From: Rhodoferax sp. | GTDB taxonomy: Bacteria; Pseudomonadota; Gammaproteobacteria; Burkholderiales; Burkholderiaceae_C | Length of the DNA: 32,380 nt | Direction: 5' to 3' | Assembly (NCBI GenBank): GCA_031416395.1 | Contig: JANOTO010000515.1 | Location: 1 to 32,380, forward strand | Shown here: piece by piece, positions 8,451 to 16,106 of the stretch | Position numbering within the stretch: the first letter of the stretch is position 1 | Layout of the letters: each line of letters begins with the position of its first letter | The notes under the pieces: model-generated | The model's database searches: none | What the model was told of the DNA's origin: nothing | What the model saw: only the letters and a program-made list of their open reading frames with translations | Translations under genes and position numbers: made by a program

Positions 8451-8466
8451 TGGCGCGTTTTTTGCT
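8451..8466 (+). promoter_or_regulatory. sigma-54 (-24/-12) promoter for the ammonium transporter gene
   Basis: TGGCGCGTTTTTTGCT matches the consensus TGGCACG-N4-TTGCW. There is one mismatch and correct GG/GC spacing. It lies about 72 nt upstream of the amt ATG. Confidence 0.55.
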
Positions 8467-8471
8467 TATAT

Positions 8472-8509
8472 TTGGTGCGTTATTGAAAAATCAACCGAAA
8501 ACGCACCAA
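8472..8509 (+). promoter_or_regulatory. perfect 10-bp inverted repeat TTGGTGCGTT-N18-AACGCACCAA spanning the predicted amt transcription start
   Basis: Read directly from the sequence. The arms contain GGTGC/GCACC, which resemble NtrC half-sites but with atypical spacing and order. Confidence 0.35.
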
Positions 8510-8537
8510 TAAAATCAATTTACTCTGGAGATTTCGT

Positions 8538-9740
8538 ATGGAAGCACTAAAACAGGGCTCGGATGCCTTGTTCATCTTATTGGGCGGCATCATGGTGCTG
8601 GCCATGCATGCTGGTTTCGCGTTCTTGGAGCTCGGAACCGTTCGCAAAAAGAACCAGGTCAACGCACTGGTCAAAATCCTGGTGGATTTTTCAGTCTCCA
8701 CCGTGGCGTACTTTTTGGTGGGCTATGGCGTGGCATATGGCACCAGCTTTTTGGTCGGCGCTGAGCAACTAGCGGCGAAGAACGGTTACGAGCTGGTGAA
8801 GTTCTTCTTCTTGCTGACGTTTGCTGCTGCGATTCCCGCCATTATTTCAGGCGGAATTGCCGAACGCGCCAAGTTTTGGCCCCAACTAATCGCAACAGCG
8901 GTCATCGTCGGTTTTATTTATCCGTTCTTCGAGGGGATCGTCTGGAACCAGCATTACGGCGTGCAGGCCTGGATTAAAGCCGCGACGGGGGAGGAGTTCC
9001 ACGACTTCGCCGGATCGGTCGTTGTGCACGCTGTTGGCGGGTGGTTGGCCCTGCCTGCTGTTGTTTTGCTCGGTGCCCGAGCCAACCGGTATCGCAAAGA
9101 TGGGTCGATCAGCGCACATCCGCCGTCAAATATCCCCTTTTTGGCGCTCGGCGCATGGATTTTGACCGTTGGCTGGTTTGGCTTCAACGTGATGAGCGCC
9201 CAGACCATCGACAAAATTTCCGGCCTAGTCGCCGTTAATTCGCTGATGGCGATGGTGGGCGGCACGCTGGCGGCATTGGCCTTCGGCAAAAACGACCCCG
9301 GCTTCATCCACAACGGGCCGTTGGCTGGCCTGGTCGCGGTGTGCGCAGGCTCCGATCTCATGCATCCGCTGGGCGCTCTGGTGGTAGGCGGCATGGCGGG
9401 TGCCATTTTTGTGGTGATGTTCACCCTGACACAAAACAAATGGAAGATTGACGATGTGCTGGGCGTATGGCCGTTGCACGGCCTGTGCGGCGCCTGGGGA
9501 GGTATCGCAGCGGGTATCTTTGGCAGCAAAGCCCTGGGCGGCCTGGGCGGGGTGAGCTTTTCTGCACAACTGATTGGCACGGCGATGGGCGTGGGCTGGG
9601 CGCTGATCGCTGGCTGGCTGCTCTACAGAATTCTCAAAGCCACAATGGGCCTACGCCTGTCTCAAGAAGAAGAGTTTGAAGGCGCAGATTTGTCGATTCA
9701 CCGGATTGGTTCCACGCCGGACCGGGAGGTGAATTGGTAA
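8538..9740 (+). CDS. amt: ammonium transporter (Amt family)
   Basis: 400-aa ORF with Amt signatures (FAFLELGTVRKKN, DFAGSVVVHAVGG, WPLHGLCGAWGG). No glnK is adjacent. Confidence 0.9.
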   Translation: MEALKQGSDALFILLGGIMVLAMHAGFAFLELGTVRKKNQVNALVKILVDFSVSTVAYFLVGYGVAYGTSFLVGAEQLAAKNGYELVKFFFLLTFAAAIPAIISGGIAERAKFWPQLIATAVIVGFIYPFFEGIVWNQHYGVQAWIKAATGEEFHDFAGSVVVHAVGGWLALPAVVLLGARANRYRKDGSISAHPPSNIPFLALGAWILTVGWFGFNVMSAQTIDKISGLVAVNSLMAMVGGTLAALAFGKNDPGFIHNGPLAGLVAVCAGSDLMHPLGALVVGGMAGAIFVVMFTLTQNKWKIDDVLGVWPLHGLCGAWGGIAAGIFGSKALGGLGGVSFSAQLIGTAMGVGWALIAGWLLYRILKATMGLRLSQEEEFEGADLSIHRIGSTPDREVNW

Positions 9741-9910
9741 CCGTGATGGGGCTAAACGCTGTTCTGTTCCAGTCTTTTGGCATCGTGGACTTTCAGTACG
9801 TAGTGCAACGCAACACTGAACCAAGCGGGCTCTCGGATGCGCCGTCACGTCACGCTTAGCAGAATTTGGATGAAAAATTTCCGCGTGCGCACCCTATTTC
9901 AAAAAATAGT

Positions 9911-9938
9911 TTGTACTTTTTCTGACTTAGCGCATAAT
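9911..9938 (+). promoter_or_regulatory. candidate sigma-70 promoter (TTGTAC-N16-CATAAT) for the RRM protein gene, implying a 5' UTR of about 145 nt
   Basis: Hexamers read from the sequence. This is the only reasonable -35/-10 pair in the 347-bp upstream gap. Confidence 0.3.
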
Positions 9939-10087
9939 AGGGGGGTATTGCCAAGTGATTGGTATACGCGTTTGCGGTATGTAGTCAGTTTCCCGTCTGC
10001 TTGAAGTCTTGACAAGTTTGTTGTTGATAGTGGGTTGAGTGGTGATCGGACTAAATCGCGTTTTGAGTTATTTTCAGGAGTCCCTCC

Positions 10088-10534
10088 ATGGGCAACAAAC
10101 TTTACGTAGGCAACCTGCCTTATTCTTTCCGTGATGAAGACCTTCAACAGGCCTTCGCTGCTCACGGCACCGTCTCTAGCGCAAAAGTCATGATGGAACG
10201 TGACACTGGCCGCTCCAAAGGCTTCGGCTTTGTGGAGATGGGCAGTGACGCTGAGGCGCAAGCTGCTATCAATGGCATGAACGGCCAACAATACGGTGGT
10301 CGCGGTCTCGTTGTGAACGAAGCCCGTCCGATGGAGCCACGCGCTCCTCGCAGCGGCGGCTTCGGCGGCGGCGCTGGTGGTGGCGGCGGCGGTTACGGCG
10401 GCGGCGCTGGTGGTGGCGGTCGCAGTGGCGGCGGCGGTGGTGGTGGTTATGGCGGCGGCGCTGGTGGTGGCCGTAGCGGTGGCGGCGGCGGTGGTGGTTA
10501 TGGCGGCGGTGGCGGTGGCCGTAGCAGCTACTAA
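10088..10534 (+). CDS. RRM-domain RNA-binding protein with a glycine-rich (RGG/GGY) C-terminal tail
   Basis: The N-terminal 80 aa carry RNP2 (LYVGNL) and RNP1 (KGFGFVEM). The C-terminal roughly 60 aa are G/R/Y/S repeats. A GGAG Shine-Dalgarno lies upstream. Confidence 0.9.
   Translation: MGNKLYVGNLPYSFRDEDLQQAFAAHGTVSSAKVMMERDTGRSKGFGFVEMGSDAEAQAAINGMNGQQYGGRGLVVNEARPMEPRAPRSGGFGGGAGGGGGGYGGGAGGGGRSGGGGGGGYGGGAGGGRSGGGGGGGYGGGGGGRSSY
10355..10525 (+). repeat. imperfect tandem repeat of 51-54 nt (about 2.6 copies) encoding the GGYGGGAGGGGRSGGGG tail
   Basis: The unit ggttayggcggcggcgctggtggtggc...ggtggt repeats, visible in the sequence. Confidence 0.7.
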
Positions 10535-10579
10535 TCCATTTGCGCTGGCAAACTCACCTGCGAGTTTGCGAACCGAGTG

Positions 10580-10606
10580 AAAAAAGGGCCTTTAAGGCCC
10601 TTTTTT
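10580..10606. terminator. bidirectional rho-independent terminator between convergent genes
   Basis: AAAAAAGGGCC-TTTAA-GGCCCTTTTTT gives a GC stem flanked by an A-run and a T-run. An extra hairpin GCAAACTC-N6-GAGTTTGC precedes it at 10548-10569. Confidence 0.75.
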
Positions 10607-10616
10607 GCGTTCGCAC

Positions 10617-11393
10617 TTATGTTGGTATCTTGCGCGCTTTTCTGGCGCGCCCCGCAAACGCGCGGTCAAACGCCCAGTTGGGCAAGATTCGCAACAGCTT
10701 GGCCACCACGCCCATTTGCCAGGGAATGACCCGGTAGCTCGTTCCGGCTTCGATGGTCTTGAACGCTAGATCCGCGAAATCTTCGGGCTGCATCAGAAAC
10801 GGCATGGACATCTGATTTTGTTGCGTTAGCGGCGTGGCGATATAGCCGGGGCAAATCGTCACGACGCGGACACCGCAGCTCTTGAGCTCCAGGCGAAGGC
10901 TCTCGCAGTAAACGATCATCGCCGCCTTGCTGGGGCAATTGGCCCCGTGGCCGGCAAAGCCTCGAATGCCATTGACACTGCCAATGCCGACCAAAGTCCC
11001 TGACTTGCGCTCTTTCATTGCCGCCAGAAACGGATGAAATGTGGCGGCGGTGCCGATGTTGTTGGTGGCAAATGTCTGGGCCATAACATCCAGGTCAGCG
11101 CGCTCTGCCGTGTCCACGCCCACGCTCATGCCGGCACTCGCAATCACCACATCCGGGATACCCTGCGTTGCCAAACAGGCTTGACCTGCGGCAACGATGC
11201 TGTCTGGTTGGGCAACATCAGCGCTATAAACTGCATAGCGCTCTTGCGGCCAGCTTTGAGCGATGGCCCAATCTTCAACGGCTTGGGTGCGGCGGGCAAC
11301 CAGGGCCAGATGAAAGCCCGCCTGGTAATAACGCAGTGCCAGAGCCTGGCCTAGGCCGCTGGAGGCACCGGTAATCAAAGCCAATTGGGCCAT
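10617..11393 (-). CDS. short-chain dehydrogenase/reductase (SDR)
   Basis: 258-aa ORF with the cofactor motif TGASSGLG and the catalytic S...Y-x3-K region (NCPSKAA has a variant residue). Typical SDR length. Confidence 0.8.
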   Translation of the reverse strand: MAQLALITGASSGLGQALALRYYQAGFHLALVARRTQAVEDWAIAQSWPQERYAVYSADVAQPDSIVAAGQACLATQGIPDVVIASAGMSVGVDTAERADLDVMAQTFATNNIGTAATFHPFLAAMKERKSGTLVGIGSVNGIRGFAGHGANCPSKAAMIVYCESLRLELKSCGVRVVTICPGYIATPLTQQNQMSMPFLMQPEDFADLAFKTIEAGTSYRVIPWQMGVVAKLLRILPNWAFDRAFAGRARKARKIPT

Positions 11394-11411
11394 GCGTTTT
11401 CCTGAGTGAGA

Positions 11412-12026
11412 CTATTGTGGTGCGGCGCTGGGTACCAACGTACCCTTCACACGCCCTCGAAGTTCGACCACCTGCTTGAGGTTGTCGTACTCCATCGCAT
11501 CCGCCACAAAACGGTCAGTGCCCCGGGTCAGCGTGACGGGCTGGTTCGACTTGAGCTGCTCGGTCTTCATGAAGGCGTGGAGGAACTCGCCCTTGAACTC
11601 CATGCGCGGCACAGGTTTTTGACCCCCAACAGCCTCACGTACCGCCAGCGCATTGCCCATCAACTGCACCTCGCTGGCATCGGCATTGGTCACTGCCCGA
11701 TTGGCGGTGACCGTAGTCAACTGCCCTTGCGTATCGAATGACCGAATACGCGCGCCTTCAATCTCCAGGGTGTCGGTATCGGGAAAGTGCTTCGCCTGCG
11801 CCCCTGAGACTTCACTCTTGAGCTTTCCAGTGGCATCAAAGGTTTTGACGGTGAACTTTTTCATGAAATAGTCAGGCTCATGCGAGGGCGGGCGCGGCGC
11901 TTCAGGCGGCGTGAACACCGGCGTGCTTCTGACCAGCCAGTAGGTGCCCAGGGCCAGTACGCCCATCAAGATGATGGGCAGGTAGATGGAAACCCGATCC
12001 CACGCCGCGCGCAGAATGCCAATCAT
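11412..12026 (-). CDS. lptC: LPS export system protein LptC
   Basis: Start taken at the internal ATG (MIGILRAAWDRVSIYLPIILMGVLALGTYWL...), which overlaps the kdsC stop as ATGA. Single N-terminal TM helix followed by a beta-rich periplasmic domain. It occupies the conserved position after kdsD-kdsC. Confidence 0.6.
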   Translation of the reverse strand: MIGILRAAWDRVSIYLPIILMGVLALGTYWLVRSTPVFTPPEAPRPPSHEPDYFMKKFTVKTFDATGKLKSEVSGAQAKHFPDTDTLEIEGARIRSFDTQGQLTTVTANRAVTNADASEVQLMGNALAVREAVGGQKPVPRMEFKGEFLHAFMKTEQLKSNQPVTLTRGTDRFVADAMEYDNLKQVVELRGRVKGTLVPSAAPQ

Positions 12027-12568
12027 GGGTTGCTTTGCGCCAGCAGACTCGCATACTTGCCGCTTGCCAGCAGCAGCACATCGCAAAACTCGCGCGCTGC
12101 CCCTGCACCACCGGCAGCAGCAGTTATGTGATGAGCACAGGCCTTGACCTCCGCATGCGCATTGATCGGCGCACAGGCAATTGCGCAGCGCGTCATCACT
12201 GCAAGGTCTGGCCAATCGTCGCCCATGGCGGCGGCTTGGTGCCAGCCCAGCCCGAGTTGAGCCAGGCTTTGCTCAGCGGCGGGGCGTTTGTCCTCGGTGC
12301 CAAAGTGGGCGTGTGTAATGCCCAGCGCTGCCAGACGAACGCGCAGCGGCTGGCTGTCACGCCCGGTGATGATGACGGGCGTGATGCCCGCGCGTTGCAA
12401 CAGCTTCAAACCATGGCCATCCAGCGTATTGAATCGCTTGAGCGACTCGCCAGCTTCAGAAAAATACAGCCCGCCGTCAGTCAGGACACCATCAACATCA
12501 AAGAACGCGACGCGAACGCCTTGGGCTTTGAGCAACAGATCCGCGGGAAAAATGAGCGCTGGGGTCAT
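12023..12568 (-). CDS. kdsC: 3-deoxy-D-manno-octulosonate-8-phosphate phosphatase KdsC
   Basis: 181-aa HAD-IIIA protein with FFDVDGVLTDG and GDDWPDL. It overlaps the kdsD stop by 4 nt. Confidence 0.85.
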   Translation of the reverse strand: MTPALIFPADLLLKAQGVRVAFFDVDGVLTDGGLYFSEAGESLKRFNTLDGHGLKLLQRAGITPVIITGRDSQPLRVRLAALGITHAHFGTEDKRPAAEQSLAQLGLGWHQAAAMGDDWPDLAVMTRCAIACAPINAHAEVKACAHHITAAAGGAGAAREFCDVLLLASGKYASLLAQSNP

Positions 12569-13569
12569 ATGACTTTCGCGCGCATCAGGTCATTGCTGTT
12601 AAGCGCGCCGCACAAGACATCGTTCTCATCCACCACCAACACGCTGGTGATGCGGCTTTGCTCCATCATCTCAACCGCTTCCACCGCCAGTGCGTCGCGC
12701 GCGATGGTTTTGGGGCCAACATGCATCACCTGCGCGGCAGTGCGGGTGCGAAGGTCAATGCCTTTCTCCACCAAGCGGCGCAGGTCGCCATCTGTGAAGA
12801 TGCCCAGCACTCTCGTGTCCTCATCAACTACCGCTGTTGCTCCGAGGCCCTTGGCGCTCATCTCCCGCATCAGTTCGCTGAAGCTTGCCGATGCACCCAC
12901 CTTCGGCACCGCATCGCCCGAGCGCATCACATCACTCACATGCGTGAGCAGTTTGCGGCCCAGCGCGCCACCGGGGTGCGAGCGGGCGAAGTCCTCAGCC
13001 TTGAAGCCCCGAGCATCCAGCAGCGCCACCGCCAGCGCATCGCCCATTGCCAGTTGTGCGGTGGTGCTGGCGGTGGGCGCAAGATTCAGCGGACAGGCTT
13101 CTTTGTCAACGCCAGTGTCCAATGCCACATCGGCACAGTTGGCCAAGGTTGATTTCAGATTGCCCGTCATCGCAATCAAGGGCACGCCCAAGCGCTTAAG
13201 CACGGGCAGAATCACCATCAGCTCCTCGGACTCACCGCTGTTTGAAATCGCCACGACCAGATCGGTTGGCTTGATCATGCCCAAGTCACCGTGGCTGGCC
13301 TCGGCCGGGTGAACAAACATGGCCGGCGTGCCCGTCGAGGCCAGCGTAGCCGCCGTTTTGCGACCGATATGCCCGCTTTTGCCCATGCCCATCACGACGA
13401 CTCGGCCCCTGACATTGAGCATCATCTCGACCGCGCGGGCGAATTCGGCACCGACCCGCCGCCTCAGTCCCAAAATAGCGGCGGCCTCAATGTCAAACGT
13501 GTCTTGCGCCAGTTGAATGGCTCGCTCGGCTGCGGATTGAACCATCTGATTGGGTGAAGCGCTCATCAA
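12565..13569 (-). CDS. kdsD: arabinose-5-phosphate isomerase KdsD (KpsF/GutQ family)
   Basis: 334-aa ORF with a SIS domain (VVVMGMGKSGHIGRK, ISNSGES) followed by tandem CBS domains. Confidence 0.9.
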   Translation of the reverse strand: MMSASPNQMVQSAAERAIQLAQDTFDIEAAAILGLRRRVGAEFARAVEMMLNVRGRVVVMGMGKSGHIGRKTAATLASTGTPAMFVHPAEASHGDLGMIKPTDLVVAISNSGESEELMVILPVLKRLGVPLIAMTGNLKSTLANCADVALDTGVDKEACPLNLAPTASTTAQLAMGDALAVALLDARGFKAEDFARSHPGGALGRKLLTHVSDVMRSGDAVPKVGASASFSELMREMSAKGLGATAVVDEDTRVLGIFTDGDLRRLVEKGIDLRTRTAAQVMHVGPKTIARDALAVEAVEMMEQSRITSVLVVDENDVLCGALNSNDLMRAKVI

Positions 13570-13692
13570 CGCATTTTATAGACACGGATGCCAAGTCAAT
13601 TGCCCATAGGTCATGTCTGGAAAACACCCATCACTTCAGGTCGCATTGCTCGGTATGATGACTTCAGCAAATTTTTTTAAGGAGCCCTCACG

Positions 13693-14673
13693 ATGAAAGC
13701 ATTTCAATTTTCTGCTCTTGCGGCCGGTCTGGCCATCGTCGCAAGTTCTGGCGTCAGCCTGCCGGTTCAGGCGCAGCAAAAGTTCGTCACCATTGGTACC
13801 GGCGGTGTCACGGGTGTGTACTACCCCACAGGCGGCGCGATCTGCCGCCTGGTGAACAAAGAGCGTGCCAAACACGGGATCCGCTGCTCAGTGGAATCCA
13901 CGGGCGGGTCGGTGTTCAACGTCAACACCATCAAGGCCGGTGAACTGGACATGGGTGTGGCGCAGTCGGACGTCAACTTTCACGCCACCAAGGGCAGCGG
14001 CCCGTTCAAGGATGGTGGCGCGCACTCTGAATTGCGGTCAGTCTTCTCGATGCAAGCCGAGCCGATGACGATCCTGGCGCGCAAGGAGCTCAATGCCAAG
14101 TCGTTTGACGACTTCAAGGGCAAGAAATTCAACGTGGGCAACCCCGGCTCGGGCTCACGCGCCGCGCTGGAAGAGTTTGTTGCCGCCAAGGGTTGGACGC
14201 TTAAAGACTTTGGCCTGGCCTCCGAACTCAAGGGTGACGAGTACGGCCAAGCCCTGTGCGATGGCAAGATTGATGGCTCGTGGTGGACGATTGGCCACCC
14301 TTCCGCCAACGTGCAGGACCCCACCACATCGTGCGGCGCCAAACTGCTCAACGTGACCGGGCCTGAGGTTGACAAGCTGGTGCGCGAAAAGCCGTACTAC
14401 GCCCACGCCGTGATCCCCGGCAAGCTGTATCCCAACAACCCAGATGACATCAAAACCTACGGCGTGCTGGCCACGTTTGTGACATCGTCCAAAGTACCCA
14501 CGGACAGCGTGTATGCCATCGTCAAAGCCGTTTTTGACAACTTTGAAGAGCTGAAGAAGCTGCACCCGGCACTTGCGACGCTCAAAGAGCAGAGCATGAT
14601 CTCGGATGGTTTGACCGCACCGCTGCACGACGGTGCCGTGAAGTACTACAAGGAAAAGGGCTGGATGAAATAG
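13693..14673 (+). CDS. TAXI-family TRAP transporter solute-binding receptor
   Basis: 326-aa ORF with a signal peptide and the TAXI signature [20 protein letters not shown]. An AAGGAG Shine-Dalgarno lies upstream. Confidence 0.85.
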   Translation: MKAFQFSALAAGLAIVASSGVSLPVQAQQKFVTIGTGGVTGVYYPTGGAICRLVNKERAKHGIRCSVESTGGSVFNVNTIKAGELDMGVAQSDVNFHATKGSGPFKDGGAHSELRSVFSMQAEPMTILARKELNAKSFDDFKGKKFNVGNPGSGSRAALEEFVAAKGWTLKDFGLASELKGDEYGQALCDGKIDGSWWTIGHPSANVQDPTTSCGAKLLNVTGPEVDKLVREKPYYAHAVIPGKLYPNNPDDIKTYGVLATFVTSSKVPTDSVYAIVKAVFDNFEELKKLHPALATLKEQSMISDGLTAPLHDGAVKYYKEKGWMK

Positions 14674-14698
14674 CCCGCGCCAACCATTGACTCCACTC

Positions 14699-14726
14699 AA
14701 ACGGGGAACGGAAACGCTCCCCGTTT
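14699..14726 (+). terminator. intercistronic hairpin (partial terminator or mRNA-stabilising) after the receptor gene
   Basis: AAACGGGGA-N10-TCCCCGTTT forms a 9-bp stem, followed by a weak T-tract (CGCTTTC). Confidence 0.45.
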
Positions 14727-14733
14727 CGCTTTC

Positions 14734-16071
14734 ATGACCCACGTTTTCCACCGCAGCCTCAAAACAGCGCCACCCGTCGCGGTCAGCGGAAGCGGCATCA
14801 CGCTGACCGACGCGCAAGGCAAAACCTACATCGATGCCTCGGGCGGCGCAGCCGTCTCTTGCCTGGGCCACGGCCACCCGGACGTGCGCGCCGCCATGCA
14901 CGCGCAGATTGACGAGATCGCCTACGCGCACACCAGCTTCTTCACCACCCGCGTCGCCGAAGAGCTGGCGGATCTGCTGATTGCCGCGGCCCCCAGCGGC
15001 TTGAACACGCCCGATTCGAAGGTCTATTTCGTCAGTGGTGGCTCCGAGGCGATGGAAGCCGCGTTGAAGATGGCGCGGCAGTATTTTGTGGACAAGGGCG
15101 AGCCGCAGCGCACCCGGTTTATCGCCCGCCGACAGAGCTATCACGGCAACACCCTGGGTGCGCTGGCAATTGGCGGCAACGCTTGGCGCCGTGCGCCGTT
15201 TGCTCCTATTTTGATTAATGCCACCCATGTCTCGCCCTGTTATCCGTACCGGGAGCAAGCCCAAGGCGAGAGTGATGCTGCCTACGTTGCGCGACTGGCC
15301 GACGAGCTGGATAGCGCCATGACCGCGCACGGCGAAGGCAGCGTGATCGCCTTTGTGGCTGAAACCGTGGGCGGCGCAACCGCCGGTGTGCTCACGCCCG
15401 TGCCGGGCTACTTCAAAGCCATGCGCGAGGTGTGCGACCGCCACGGGGCTTTACTGATATTGGATGAGGTCATGTGTGGCATGGGTCGCACCGGCTCATT
15501 GCACGCCTGCACGCAGGAAGGCGTGTCACCAGACCTGATGGCGATTGCCAAGGGGCTGGGCGGGGGTTACCAGCCGATAGGCGCGGTGCTGGCATCTGCC
15601 GACATCGTCAACGTGTTGCACAGCAAGACGGGTTACTTTCAACATGGGCACACTTATTTGGGCCATTCGGTCGCCTGCGCGGCCGCCTTGGCGGTGCAGA
15701 AGGTGATCGCGCGAGATGGTCTGGTCGACAAAGTAGCGCGCGACGGTGCGTGGTTTGGCGCGGCCTTGCGCACCGCGTTTGGCCAACACCCGCGCGTGGG
15801 TGATATTCGCGGGCGGGGCTTTTTTTGGGGCTTGGAGTTCGTCAAAGACCGTGCGAGCAAGACACCCTTCCAAGTCGAGCGGCAACTGCATGCCCAACTC
15901 AAACGCGCGGCGATGGCGCGCGGGTTGATGGTCTACCCGATGGGGGGCACGGTGGATGGCGTGTTGGGCGACCACGTTCTACTGGCCCCGCCCTTCATCG
16001 CCAGCCGTGAGGAGTTGACGACCATCATCGAACGCCTGAGTGCAGCGGTGGATGAAGTGACGCAGAAATAA
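14734..16071 (+). CDS. class-III (omega) PLP-dependent aminotransferase
   Basis: 445-aa ORF with SGGSEAMEAALKMAR, DEVMCGMGRTG and the PLP-lysine context AIAKGLGGGYQP. Confidence 0.85.
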   Translation: MTHVFHRSLKTAPPVAVSGSGITLTDAQGKTYIDASGGAAVSCLGHGHPDVRAAMHAQIDEIAYAHTSFFTTRVAEELADLLIAAAPSGLNTPDSKVYFVSGGSEAMEAALKMARQYFVDKGEPQRTRFIARRQSYHGNTLGALAIGGNAWRRAPFAPILINATHVSPCYPYREQAQGESDAAYVARLADELDSAMTAHGEGSVIAFVAETVGGATAGVLTPVPGYFKAMREVCDRHGALLILDEVMCGMGRTGSLHACTQEGVSPDLMAIAKGLGGGYQPIGAVLASADIVNVLHSKTGYFQHGHTYLGHSVACAAALAVQKVIARDGLVDKVARDGAWFGAALRTAFGQHPRVGDIRGRGFFWGLEFVKDRASKTPFQVERQLHAQLKRAAMARGLMVYPMGGTVDGVLGDHVLLAPPFIASREELTTIIERLSAAVDEVTQK

Positions 16072-16106
16072 CAGTAAACACCTATCTACAAAAATAAGGC
16101 AGCCCG

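Noticed and set aside
9746-9859. 37-aa ORF downstream of amt
   Set aside because: It has no Shine-Dalgarno, no recognisable features and is short. It is probably non-coding spacer or leader sequence.
12027-12215. N-terminal 63-aa extension of the lptC ORF as given in the track
   Set aside because: The extension overlaps the kdsC 3' end, is Cys/Arg-rich, and precedes the obvious signal-anchor. The internal ATG at 12026 forms an ATGA overlap with the kdsC stop.
12035-13312. 425-aa plus-strand ORF
   Set aside because: It lies antisense to kdsC/kdsD. The composition is Ala/Arg/Ser-rich with no recognisable domain, as expected for a shadow ORF in high-GC DNA. The opposite strand encodes two clearly recognisable proteins.
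14155-15444. 429-aa minus-strand ORF
   Set aside because: It lies antisense to the TAXI receptor 3' end and the aminotransferase. The sequence is low-complexity and Gly/Arg/Ala-rich, a GC-driven open frame.
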